A DNA stretch of 64,000 nucleotides from Eledone cirrhosa (lineage: Eukaryota), in assembly GCA_964016885.1 (NCBI GenBank), contig CAXHJY010001446.1:35403-99402 (forward strand), given 5' to 3'. The position numbers and the translations under genes were made by a program. The notes under the pieces were generated by a model. That model made no database searches. It was not told the origin of the DNA and was given only the letters and a program-made list of their open reading frames with translations. The number at the start of each line of letters is the position of its first letter. Position 1 is the stretch's first letter. This document shows positions 12,863 through 25,992 of the stretch, one piece after another.

Positions 12863-13497
12863 ACTCTTCAGCAGTCTCAGTCAGTTTTATATTTGGTGTA
12901 GTGGTACCAAAGTCGTACGACAGAGAGCATGTGTAACTTTAATTCCCGTGGGTGATACCCTCCAAGCAATAATTTTAGTTAATTTCACGAGCAGGTTGTT
13001 TCGTTGATCGAACGAACATTTGGGACACTCATCGTCGAAACTGCTGGAGATCCATCGATTTAAACATGATATTCTTAAAGACCCATTATGGCCCTTCTCC
13101 CTTCTACTTCGCAACAGTCTGTTAATTTCAACTTGAGATTTATATGTCGTCTCCCTTGTCAAAGGAAAACATGTTTTTTTTAATTTATTGTTCGTTTTGC
13201 GTGGTTCTTCGAATTTCTTTCCAATTTCTCTTTGGTGAATGTTTTGTCGTTCTAGGGTGGATATTTATAGTTCTAATCAGAGAATGTCTCTATTTGTGGC
13301 AAACGAATATTTTCTATGTCGGGTGTATTCTAAATTTCGTTAGTCTTTTTTCTTTTCTTCCGTCTAGTCTTGATAATTCACTTAGTGTGCTGTTGAGATT
13401 TTCAAACTATAGAGTATTACTGCGATAGCTAAAATATAGATATCTATTAGCTATTTAAAAAGAAAGAACAAAATCTTCCTTCCAAATCTTTTATTTC

Positions 13498-13539
<42 letters not shown>

Positions 13540-13899
13540 GTGTCTATATATGTATGCATATACTTACATATATACATATATATATACATAAATACTTATA
13601 TATACACATATATATATGTATGTATATATATAAGTATTTATGTATATATATGTAAGTATATGCATGTATATATGTAAGTATATGTATGTATATATACATG
13701 TATATATATGTGTGTATAAGCGTCGACTTACACTGCCTAGTCGATGCATTCCTAAATATATACAAGTCTGTCTCTGGTCTAATTGTCTTATCGTTTTCTC
13801 TTCATCGAACACGATAGATTTCTTAATTTTCCTATGTTCAAAATTGTCTTGTAGATATTTGCTAATCCAATAACTATATCAATTCCTCAAGTAAATATA

Positions 13900-14000
13900 A
13901 GAGTGTCCCCAAAACATGTATACACACTTTGATTACCTGTACAGGCAATATTTATTAGAATGCTGTTGAAATGTGTACACATTTTTGGGGACACTTTGTG
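13900..14000. mobile_element. Tc1/mariner-type MITE
   Basis: TIRs AGTGTCCCCAAAACATGTATACAC / GTGTACACATTTTTGGGGACACT. Same family as 16443-16528. Confidence 0.65.
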
Positions 14001-14004
14001 TATA

Positions 14005-14203
14005 TGAGTGAAGGCTGAGTGGTTAGTGAATTGGATTCGCAATCGTGAGGTTGTGAGTTCGATTCCTCGACCAGGCGATGCGTTATGTCCTTGAGCAAGT
14101 TGCTCCTTCTACCTGGAGTTGCGACCGATAGATAGTATTAGCAATTGGAAAGACCAACGGAAACATTGTTTCCTCGGTCCGATTTGACGAAAGTCGATCG
14201 TTC

Positions 14204-14205
<2 letters not shown>
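14005..14205 (+). mobile_element. Third tRNA-head SINE type
   Basis: GTGGTTAG...GAGTTCGATTCC...GCGTTATGTCCTTGAGCA. Related copies at ~24053-24270 and 40255-40340. Confidence 0.6.
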
Positions 14206-14251
<46 letters not shown>

Positions 14252-14307
14252 GTATTTAGTAGGAAGTTCAGTTGTTTATTATTTACAGCATAAGAGATGT
14301 GGACTGA

Positions 14308-14651
14308 CAGAATCATTAGGTGCGTCCGACAAATGCTTTGCAGTATTCATTCTATTTTTATGTTCTTAGTTCAAATCCCGCTGAGGGCAATCTAGCCTTT
14401 CATTGTTCCAGGGTCGATACGCACCGGGGTTGATTTAATCGACTTTCCCCTCCCCTCAAAATGTTTGGACTTGTACCTAAATCAGAAACCAAGGTTGGAC
14501 ATGCTTTACAGCATAGTTATGTCCCTTTACGATCTGAGTTCAAATCCGGCCGAGGTTAACTTTGCCTTTCATCCTTACGGGGTCGATAAAATAAAGTACC
14601 AGTAATGTACTGGGTAATTGCTGGCCTTGTGCCAAAAATAGAAACAATTAT
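14308..14651 (+). mobile_element. Two tandem Nin/Deu-like SINEs
   Basis: Two B-box plus GCCTTTCAT...GGGTCGATA modules. Confidence 0.7.
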
Positions 14652-16175
14652 TTGTTAAGTAATTCATTTGTTGGTTAGTCATGTTGATCCTTGACCTACT
14701 CAATGACAATTCTTGTTATCCTCTATCTCCATCTAGTTCTATTTTATTCCAATGTCTATTCGAGGTGTTTTTTCTATTTCTCTAACATTTCGACTTACCA
14801 TGTAGTCAGCCAGGAAAGAGTGAGACTGACAGTTCAGTTCATTCGTTCCACGAAGTTTTATCAATTCTAGACGTACGTTGTGACAGCTCTGTATATATCT
14901 CAGCTTATAACAGACGTGTTAGGCCGGTCAGTTCGGCTGCAATAGAATTCTACAAATCGTGAAGACAGGAATTAGGACAGGTTTTACGCCATTAAAAATT
15001 CTGCGTTGTATCAAAGACTGATTGATTTTATCGTTGACCGTTGAGAAAAGTTTAATGTAGTAACATTTCTATTAAGGATTCAATTAGTGTACACGCACAC
15101 ACATTTATATATATATATATACTCTCACACACACACATATATACACTCTCGCAAACATAGTCTTTCTCCCAACACACATACACTCACATAAAAACACGCC
15201 CGCACACTCTCTCTGCTGAAGATGTTGGTGTTGTTACCATGATTGTTTGTGCTGTTATCATTGTTGCTATTTTAGTTTACCCTTGTTATTATTATTGTTG
15301 TTGTTGTTGCTATTGTTGTATATATAAGGAAATTTAATTCAGTAAACTGGCTCGCAACCAACAGATTCCTATTGAAGAAATCTACTTTTTATACTCCGTT
15401 ACATTTGTTCTGCATACAGTGATATTACTCTGTGTAATTATTTGTGGATGTTTGTGTATGTATTTAGGTATATGTGTAGGTGTGATCGTTATTTGTTTGT
15501 GTGTGTATGTGTTTTCATGTGTGTGTATAGATATCTGTTGCAGATACAAATTTTAACAAACTTGAGTCGATATCTGCAAAATTCATCTTCTCTCTTCCAC
15601 ACATGTACGATGAGAGAGAGAAGAGTGAGTGGGAAAGTGAGAGAACAGTTAGATCGATAGATAGAAAGATAGACAAATAGTTTGATAGATATAGATAAAT
15701 GGAGAGATGAAATAATCCTATAAATACGTATATTATATCTATTTTAATAGTTCTCATCTCATGGTTATAAAAAATCAATTATGGCGCTCGGAATAACGAT
15801 TTTTCATTTTTACTAACATAGGAGAGTTTTCCTTCATAAACTTCTCAACTCACACCAAACTATAAATTTGGCCTTTATCCATTTTGTGTCAGCAGTACGA
15901 CAATATATGCACCCATACTAGATTATCTCAATGTTTGCAACTATATTGTGTATATTTACATAGTAAATATATATTGTACAATATTTACTGTAACAAATAA
16001 ACTAAAAAAAACAAAATGTAGTAATTATATTTCAAGTGTAAACCAATGTATTTATGTGTAAAATATCTTCTTTTGAATACGAATTTTTTTTTCCATTTTT
16101 TGTTTCAATTTTCCCACATTTGAACGTTTGATTATTTCCTTTGTTTTTTTTTTCAATCCCTTTTCTTTCTTTCTC

Positions 16176-16206
<31 letters not shown>

Positions 16207-16207
<1 letters not shown>

Positions 16208-16414
16208 ACAAAGGAATTGTGTTAAGGAACCAAATGAACCATAACGCACCAGAGTACTCAATACATAGGGTAGTAGAGTGGGAAATAGGAAAAAGTATGA
16301 CCCCGACGGCAGAGCTCAAGCTGTTTCGACGGCTATTTCTGGACTAAATTAGAAAGTCCAGAAATAGCCGTCGAAACGGCTTGAGCTCTGCCGTCGGGGT
16401 CATACTTTTTCCTA
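16207..16414 (-). mobile_element. Family A pLTR-like element with fold-back
   Basis: Inverted arms ~16286-16345 / 16355-16414, with the tail to the left. Confidence 0.7.
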
Positions 16415-16442
16415 TATATATATATATATACATATACATACA

Positions 16443-16528
16443 TACAAGGTGTCCCCCCCAAAAAAATATACACATTTTTATTAGGATGCTGTTGAAATGT
16501 GTATACATTTTTTGGGACAACCTGTGTA
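16443..16528. mobile_element. Tc1/mariner-type MITE
   Basis: TACAAGGTGTCCC... / ...GGGACAACCTGTGTA termini in TA context. Confidence 0.65.
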
Positions 16529-17216
16529 TATGTATGTATCATATTCATGTGTACATATATATATAAATATATATGTATGCATGCAATTTTTCTGTTTGTT
16601 AGAGTCTCTGTATTGCCCGTATGTTAGTCTATCTTCATCCGTCCCTCGTTTTCTTTCCCTTCTTCCGAACATCTTTCTATTGTCGATGTATCGTCATGGT
16701 AGGACTTTGAGTTATGGTTTCTCGCTCGACATTTTTCCTATCGAAAAACCGTCGATCTGGAAAATAGGCTTACGATCGGTAATTTTTGTTGTTATTGCTG
16801 TGTTTGTTCCGTCCGTCAGTTTATTCATCTACTTGTATACTGCACCGTTTGTCACGCGATTCCCCCGTGTTTGTGCTATGTCCCAGTTTTTCCACTCGTT
16901 TCCTTACATTTGATTTATTACGTATTCTAACGTAACAAAACAATCTCTTATCTTACTGACTTTTGGAAAAGATGTTTGTTAGGATGCATGTATGGATACC
17001 AGCTGACTGGTTTGGGTTGGTTCCTGGATATTCTGATAGACATACATACAACTAATCACCAGGGAAGTTTATTGATGTATTAGAATACAACTTGCTGTAA
17101 GACATGTCTCGTATTGGTTATTCGAGTTTGAAGGGGGAAGAAATACGCATGCTCAATGCCTGCGTTTAGACGCGTATGCGTGTGTTTATACGTGTATATG
17201 TGTATATATCTTTCTA

Positions 17217-17253
<37 letters not shown>

Positions 17254-17304
17254 GTGTATGTATGTTTGTATATATATATATATATATATGTGTATGTATG
17301 TTTG

Positions 17305-17335
<31 letters not shown>

Positions 17336-17346
17336 ATGTATGTTTG

Positions 17347-17377
<31 letters not shown>

Positions 17378-17639
17378 ATGTTTGTATATATATGTGTGTG
17401 TGTATGTATGTATGTTTGTATATATATGTGTGTATGTGTGAATATATTGGTGATCTGTAATTACTACTGTACACTGTGATTGACATCTGCACCTTGTTAC
17501 CGAAGATATAAACGTATTGATATTCCATAAACATATATTATATATCACACACCATATATTATATATCATATATCACGCATCATGTATCACATATATTATA
17601 TTACACAGCATACATCACACATCATTCATCACACATCAT

Positions 17640-17804
17640 TTGGCAGGGTCGGACATGCTTTCCAGCATAGTTACTTCCCTTTACAGTCTGAGTTCAAATC
17701 CCGCTGAGGTTTACTTTGCCTTTCATCCTTACGGGGTCGATAAAATAAAGTACCTGTAATGTACTGGGTAATTGCTGGCTTTGTGCCAAAAGTAGAAACA
17801 ATTA
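17640..17804 (+). mobile_element. Nin/Deu-like SINE
   Basis: Near-identical to 14496-14651 and 19125-19304. Confidence 0.75.
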
Positions 17805-18110
17805 TATAAATTATATAATAGAAAGTATTATCTAGATATCTGAATTAGTTAATAAATTTTGTTGCTACTGTTGTTGTTGTTGTTGTTGGCGCTATTATTG
17901 TCATTGGTGCTGATGTTGTTATTGTTAGTTGTTGTTTGTGTTGGAGCTGTTATTGTTGGAGGTGCTGTTGTTGTCGTCGTACCTTCCTGATTCATGCTAT
18001 ACCCAGTAAAGCAGACCTTTGGATCAACGCTACATTTCTCTTCTGTTAAGTCCCTAAAGCATCAATAACAATGCTATTTACTTTTGCAAAGACGTTCCAC
18101 AATCTCCTTT

Positions 18111-18500
18111 AGGGCGGTAGATTGGCAGAATCGGTAGAGCGTCGGACATGCTTTGTGGTAAAGAGTTACGACCCTGAACACTTTGCTTTTCATCCTGATG
18201 GGGGTCAATAAAATAAAGCACCAGCGATGCATTACGGTCGATTTAATCAACTTTCCCCTCCCCTAAAAATTGTTGGCTTTGTGCCTAAAGTAAAAACAAT
18301 TATTATCATCATAATAATAATTGTTTCTACTTCAGGCACAAGGCCAGCAATTATCCAGTGCATTACTGGTACTTTATTTTATCGACCCCGTAAGGATGAA
18401 AGGCAAAGTCAACCTCAACCTCGGCGGGATTTGAACTCAGATCGTAGAGGGACGTAACTATGCTGGAAAACATGGCGTCCGACACTCTACCGATCCTGAC
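18111..18500. mobile_element. Tail-to-tail inverted pair of Nin/Deu-like SINEs
   Basis: Plus copy 18111-18302 and minus copy 18321-18500, separated by ~20 nt. Confidence 0.7.
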
Positions 18501-18673
18501 ATGATTGTGATATATTTCCATATATATACCTTCTCTTTATCTACTTATTTGATGAACTCAGATTTATAGTAAATGACAAAGAAGAAGAATATTTATGCAT
18601 TTAATTAAATATCTTTCGCTGTTTGCCCATAATTTTACTAGCATAAAAAATGTATTGCCCCCCCCCCCCCCAT

Positions 18674-18780
18674 ATATATAAATGACTTCTACAGGATTAG
18701 AACTGTTACATTCATATGAAATCACTTCGATTGTTCATACGACTGAAACAGTTCTAGTCATGTAAAAGTCATTTATATAT
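18674..18780. mobile_element. Fold-back element (family B), diverged
   Basis: AAATGACTTCTACAGGATTAGAACTGTT ... AACAGTTCTAGTCATGTAAAAGTCATTT. Confidence 0.6.
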
Positions 18781-19124
18781 CTACAAAGATGCACACAGAT
18801 ATATATGATTTATTTAGAATAATGGTTCCTATATAATAAACACGACCTATTAAGACAGCAATTGTGGTTGTAAAGAACCGAAGTAGGTCACCAAGTATAA
18901 TTAATGGCCATATTGAATGCTACTTCGATCTGAGGTTTTTCTTTTTTCAAGAAATATTAAGCGATGGTAGTACCACAAACAACAACAACAAATACAACTG
19001 CAACAACAACAATACGACGATCATATCGACAACGTTTAACATTTCCTGTATATCAACCAACACAAAACAAACTACACGTGCAAAACAAAGAAGTAAGCGT
19101 TGTTATCTTATTTCATTATATGGA

Positions 19125-19304
19125 TTGGCAGTATGGGTAGAGGGTCAGACACCATGCTTTGACGCATAGAGTTACGGCCCTTTCCATTCTGAGTTCAAAT
19201 CCCGCCGAGGTCAACTTTGCCTTTCATCCTTACGGGGTCGATAAAATAAAGTACCAGTAATGTACTGGGTGATTGCTGGCCTTGTGCCAAAAGTAGAAGC
19301 AATT
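19125..19304 (+). mobile_element. Nin/Deu-like SINE
   Basis: Same subfamily as 2881-3064 and 43097-43240. Confidence 0.8.
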
Positions 19305-19331
19305 ATATATATATATATATATATCATAAAT

Positions 19332-19495
19332 GTTTAATATAGAAATGGCTTCTACAGGACTAGAACTGTTTCATTCATTTCTTTTGAATGAAACAGTTCT
19401 AATCCTGTAGAAGCCATTTCTATATTAAACTTGTTTACACTCCACTAATGCATTGAGTAGCTAACTGTGGTTACCTCCGATTGAACCCCGGACTC
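19332..19495 (+). mobile_element. Fold-back element (family B) with 3' tail
   Basis: Arms 19332-19377 / 19385-19430, then the tail ACTCCACTAATGCATTGAGTAGCT...GATTGAACCCCGGACTC. Same family at 58157-58274. Confidence 0.7.
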
Positions 19496-19501
19496 ACACA
19501 C

Positions 19502-19545
<44 letters not shown>

Positions 19546-22500
19546 CGGTGTATAGAAATAAGGAGGTATGAGGTGTTTTATAAACAGGTCTACAAATTCA
19601 GATTTTGTAATCTTGTGTGTTGCGGTTGATAATAATTTCAATGATAGAAAGCTACTAAAGAAACAGTCATTTATAGCTACATAATACTTGACTAATACCG
19701 CAAGGTGTTGTGTGAGCCGCTCTACCGATATTCCCAGTCACATAATAAAACTCATGTACATAGACCGAAGGAAACAGATTATTTGTAATGTGTCAGATAA
19801 CATCATATATAAAGATTTATTTTCATCAATATAGATTTCATTTGCCACAAGGGCAATTTTTATATTTTCATCAATAAAACTACTTTCATAGCAAACCAAA
19901 AGAGAAAAAAATAATAATAATTAACAAAAAATCTAGTAACGTATTAATAGTTACATAAAATAACTTTCAGCTGATCAAATATTTCTTGTTAGACACATTC
20001 GATTTTTGTTGATGAACTTTCTGTGTCCTTCGGTAAATTCTGAGTTATTTTCATACCTATATATTTTATACTGAGCGTCTTTTGTGTTTTATAATTATTT
20101 TCTTTTACGTAATGTTTTTTTTTTCTTCTTTATTGTTATTTTCCTTTGTTTTGTATCTTGAGAAAATAGTGAACTAGCGGCTTTTGTAATGTCGATAACT
20201 TTCTATTTCTGCAATATCAATTTACGTGTGTGACCCGTCAGGCAATGTCACCCTACCCCCACTGGTTCAGACAAGAACAAGTCTACCAAAATTTCAATTA
20301 ATTGATTATTATGGTCTACTGTGCTTGCTGTATTTAAATTTTAATTAACCACAGCAGGCTTTTGTCCATTAATTGTGTGCATAATCTCACTTAATTGAGA
20401 TACAACCGTATTATATTTAAAGATGGCTATCGTAAGCTAACATCCTTCAGCCGTATTGCTGATATTCACAGCTACTATCCCTACATTAAATCTATTTAAT
20501 CTATAACTACGGGTCGTTCGTATATGTTGCCAAATGACAAATTCTAATCAAACCAGTATATGCTAGGTATTTTCAATAGTTGGATTAAAGTCTATATTAC
20601 CAACATAATATTGCGTATTTTCCAAAATTTCAATTAATTGGTTTTGAATGAATTGTCTACCTTGATTGTTGTTTTCGATGTCAAAGAAACCAGCCGTAGT
20701 TGGTATCTAATTACATGGATACGTTTTTCAACTCATTATATTATACATACGAGATTCTACTCTATTCGTATTTAGAAAGAAAAAATGTTTTGCAGTGAAT
20801 TTTCTCCTCATCAAAATTGAAGTTGTACCAAACTACAACCCACGTAAATATATCTCAGTACTCATCCACACACACAGACATTTATATATAGACATTTTTA
20901 TACACACAAATACATATAAGTATATATATATACTCACACATAGGTATTTATGCATGAGTGTATGTACATGTATGCATGGATTTATATTGAATTTTATGTA
21001 TTTGTATCTTACAGCGAGTATATATATGCGATTGTGCTTGGTGGGTATATGTTTGAAGTTTGGACATGTCCATACCCGTGTGTGCATGTGTTTAAACCGT
21101 GTAACCTTTGATCAGTACAAAGAAGATGAAAAGTATACAATCTCGATGTTAAACAACCGGCAGTTAGAAATATCTGAAATAGTTGAGAGTTTTTGTCCAT
21201 TTAACTTCACGGTGCATACGATGGAGATACGGTGAATAGTAAGAATCTACATAGCTTAAGGCATATCAATATAATGTGTGTAAATATATAGACACGTATT
21301 TATATATACATGCAGATATGTGTATGTATATGTCTGCGTATGTGTATTGTTAGGTGTGTGCCGATGTATGTATATATATATTTATATACATGTGTGCATG
21401 CATATATATTATATGTTTAATTATATATGCATGCTTATATATATATATAGAGAGAGAGATACAACCACATATACATGTGTGTGTGAGTGCGTGTCTAAGG
21501 TGGTAGTTCAATTAAAAAATTGAATGAAAGAAGATTTGTGAGAGAGTGAAACTTAAACAGGAAAAACAGTAGATTAGCTCGGAAGAAAAACCAATGTATT
21601 CTAATGTGGTGTTTTTTTTTGTATAAATAGTCACTGCTATTATAAACATAGGTATATTACTATATATATATATATGTGTGTGTGTGGTGACATGAAACAA
21701 AATCTGCTACAAATATTGATGTATACAAAATACACATAATTTAAAATGGTGATATAACAGCATGCTTAAAATTCAAATGAAGGCAAAATTCATAGACAGG
21801 TTAAACCTTATTTTAACTAAAATGTTGTATGTCTATAAGTATATAGGTAATTCTCTTTTACCCTCTCAAGAAACATTTAAAGAATTCTTTATTAAATTAT
21901 TAGATATATAATTAACAAAACAGAGATCCAATCCATAGCGACACCTTCCTTCAAGACTATTGTCAGTACCAGCCATTAAGATTTCTCAGAATCTTCATTA
22001 ATCTTTTGGTAGAATTTGTCCGCATGTGCAAACAATCTCATCTTAAGCATACAATAGCTTCAGAGAGAGAGCTTTATATTTCTATACTATAAAGATGTAA
22101 ATTTGAGCATCATTCACTGAAAACTTGTTGTATCAAGTGAAATTTAGTTATATATAAATATATTATATAAGAAATAGATTGAAAACTACTCCCATATAAA
22201 TATAATACACACCTCGGAATTTATATAAAAAGATAGTTTCAATATTTAAAACTTTGTGTGTCTGTATTTCAGTAGTCATGTGTGTGTTTCTGTACACATG
22301 GATATATTTCGCATGTTTTAAAAATTCAAAACTGAATACAAGCAACATCTCGTCTCTTTTATTTCTTTGGCCACAAAACATTTCAACACAGTTCCATATA
22401 GCTGCAAGTCATAGCCACAATATGCCAGGAGATATTGTCAGAAAATTATATTTTACTTGTGTTTTATCTCTAGACAATATCACTGTTGCCGTAAGCCATT

Positions 22501-22598
22501 TTCTAATTAATTGCTATATTGCTCTCTAATGTTTTTTTGTGTCTGTTTAACTGCTAACATTCTTGTTGCGATCGTCTTTATCGTTGTCCTCGCCAGCA

Positions 22599-22900
22599 CT
22601 TCTTCTTCTTCTTCCACTTATTCCCGAGAGGGTCGTGAGGGGACAGAGTTCTCAAACACTCCTTCCAACGAGTCTTGTCAGAAGCAACCGTTTCCAACTG
22701 ATCCGGCTTGATCCCCCCAGCGAGTCTAACCGAGTTCATGACTGTTATCCGACCATCTTGTTCGTGGATCTACTCCTGTTGGTTGATAACAGATTCACAT
22801 CGAATTAAATTCAGATTTACCCCCCCCCCCCCGGGGACTAACTAAATGTAAAGACTGTGCTTCGGGCAAGTTTCGTAGAACATCTTCCTTCCATTAGGAA
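22599..22900 (-). pseudogene. Decayed Expander/Rex3-like RTE 3' end with (GAA)n tail
   Basis: Minus strand reads ...PRTRWSDN...GIKPDQLETVASDKTRWKECLRTL..RPSRE*, then GAAGAAGAAG. Confidence 0.6.
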
Positions 22901-24605
22901 TATGGTTCCACGGTAAAAATCCGACTTTTCTTGGACGATATTTGGAAATCATAGATCTTGTCCATTTTAATAACAAAAATATCGATCTATGTGATATATA
23001 CACACATTTTAACTCTCTATATCCTCCATATACTCATAAACAACTTTTTCAAAATTGTATCTTTATATTTAACACGCACTTGTCGAAACTGTCTGGCCAC
23101 TTCACAAAATTCCTTCTAAATCATCGCCACCACCAGCCCCACCACCATCACTTTTCAATATTTGTCTGGCCGAAGTCTATTTATAGATTATGACCACAAA
23201 TGTCCCAAATCTTTTTCTTGATAGAAGTAATAGTAGTAGTGTTAGTTGTAGCAGTAGTAGTTGTAGTAGTCGCAGTAAGAGTGCACAGCAATTTATCATT
23301 TTGACAAAGAACAATAATAATAATATTCAATGCTCAAGATCTTCATATCATGTCTATAGCTAAATTGGCACACTTTCTAATACATACATACATATACATA
23401 ATATAGACATACATATCCCCCCCCCCCCCACCCCACCATATATATATGTGTGTGTGTGTGTGAAATGAACGCACAGAAACACACACAAAAGGATATATAC
23501 ATATTTTACAATCATAGAGTTGTATTATCTTTAACATTTCGGGGATCGAATTTTGGCAAAGACAGGACAAATATTTCCAAAATGTTTGTAAAACCAACTC
23601 TGATTTGAGGAAGTTAAGTAGGAATTGATTATGATTTTAATGCCTCCTAATAATCTATTCTCTATTTCACAACTTCAGCTAATTATATCGATCCACGTCT
23701 GCACAGACGTATCTTGTTCATCTTCCAGAATATTTGATTGTCTTTTGTTTTGTTTTTATGTGTTTGTCATTTTTGTTTGTTTATATTTCCTCAACCTCTT
23801 AACATGAGCCGACATGGTTGCCGCTACATGAGCGTCGCTACATGGCCCTCTTCCTGATAGTTTCTTTTAATTTATTGCCTTTATATCTGTTTTTCTTTTA
23901 CTACTGTTTCTTACCACAAAACACTGGAGGTTCTAGTTTATACCCAACTATTAAACGTGTCTTCGTTTCTGGTCACAGATCTCTGAGTATAAATCCTGCA
24001 GAGTTTAACTTTAATTTCCAGACTTTCGGGGTTGATTTGTTTCTTCTCCTCGTGAAGGCGCGCGGCTTCGTTGTTAGAGAGTTGGAATTCGTAATCTTGT
24101 GTTCGATTCTTGGATCTGGCGGTGCGTTATGTCCTTGAATATGAGAAACACTCCCACACCCCCGCGCCTTTTTTTTTTTTTTTTTTTTTTTTTTTACAGT
24201 GGTTGCGACCGATATATAGTATTGAGAAGACCAATTGAAACATTGTTTCCTTGGTCAGATTTAATGAGTTCCACTTCACTCGGTCCACGAATGAGGTCTG
24301 GGATCTTCCCCCCTCTCTCTCTCAACTGTCAAGAGGTAAATTTCGGTAGGGTGTGTGATTTAATGGAGTGTTTGTTTGTGACGATGATGTATGCTTAATG
24401 AAGCAATATAGTTGAATACAGCACAGTCCAATAATTATTCTGTCTGTCTGTCTCAAGCACAGAAGACAGAATTCAATCTGGTATCTTGTTCCTCACCCCA
24501 CAACAACTATATTGTAAAAAAGAAACAACAGGCCTTCTGCCTTAATCAGAAACCATTATTTTCAATTAAAATTACGTCAAGGCAAAGGTAACAAAAAAGG
24601 TAGAT

Positions 24606-24700
24606 GCACCGTATTACATTGTACTGCACTGCACTGGACTGTATTGCACTGGACTGTAATGGACTGCATTGCACCATTATGCACTGTACTGCACTGGACC
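24606..24700. repeat. Degenerate pentanucleotide repeat (GCACT)n
   Basis: Directly visible. Confidence 0.7.
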
Positions 24701-25372
24701 AGGTGGAAAATAAAGTAAATTGTGAAATAATGGAAGCTTTTGTAGCAGGAATTGAGAATAGATTGGCTGAGAGCCACGGTAAAAGTGGAATAGTAGAAGA
24801 AAAGCCAGATTGACGTATTGTAGTGATGCCAGAGGCGAAAATAGTAAATTGTCGTTACTTGATATTATTGGATGTATTAAATAATTTCTGAAGCTGGCTT
24901 TCATCATCATATACAGAGTGGAAAGAAGTGTGTTTTATACATACATATATGTATGTATGTGTGTGTGTGTGTATATATATGTAGGTAGAATGTTGTGTCT
25001 AGGAATGTCATACATATATTGTGTGTGTTAAGAGTGAGAAATAGACGGAACATTGATGAAGAGAGAGAGTAGTAGTGTATAGAAGAGAAATATATAGCAA
25101 CGGGTTTGAAGGAAGAAGAAAGATATGTGTGAGAGAGAGACTAGGTGTGAGAATATTAATGTGAAAGAGAAGAAAACGATGATCAAAGAAATACGTTAGA
25201 GGTAGTGGTGGGCGTGGTGAGAGAGAGAGAAGGGAGGTGGAGTGTAACTTAATTAAAAATAGAAATATATATTAATTATTCGATGGACGGGGAGGGATGA
25301 ATGATTAGGTGGATGTTAGCAGATATTGATAGATCGGTATAGGTTGAAACCCTCCCAAATATAGAGTAGAGC

Positions 25373-25438
<66 letters not shown>

Positions 25439-25465
25439 GTATATATATATATATATATATGTGTG

Positions 25466-25532
<67 letters not shown>

Positions 25533-25581
25533 GTATATATATATGTATATATGTATATATATATATATGTATATATATATG

Positions 25582-25618
<37 letters not shown>

Positions 25619-25626
25619 GTGTATAT

Positions 25627-25662
<36 letters not shown>

Positions 25663-25666
<4 letters not shown>

Positions 25667-25882
25667 TATGATTCCAGTTCCTCAGTGAAATAACAACCCA
25701 ACCAGGAACTGGGCATATCAGAGTATCGACAATATTATACACCTCAACAACATATGTACTTGTCTATACCATACTAATTCAAACTGCCTGAAGAGGTCAC
25801 AGCCAAAGATGGCTGTCACTGAAATATATATAGCAGTAATAAACGAAGCTAAATTTAAAACATTTGACTTTTTATTTAACTT

Positions 25883-25890
<8 letters not shown>
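25663..25890 (+). mobile_element. Solo pLTR (family C) between TA arrays
   Basis: Matches 45772-45996 and contains a hammerhead. Confidence 0.75.
25783..25837 (+). ncRNA. Type-I hammerhead ribozyme motif
   Basis: actgc-CTGAAGA-ggtc acagcca aaga tggctgt cact-GAAA-tatata-TA-gcagt. Stem I 5 bp, palindromic stem III, AUA site. Confidence 0.8.
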
Positions 25891-25933
<43 letters not shown>

Positions 25934-25946
25934 TATATACATATAC

Positions 25947-25977
<31 letters not shown>

Positions 25978-25992
25978 CATATATATATATGT

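Noticed and set aside
21930-22110. Very decayed RT-like fragment on minus (MRLFAHADKFYQKIN)
   Set aside because: Too degenerate to call without a profile search.
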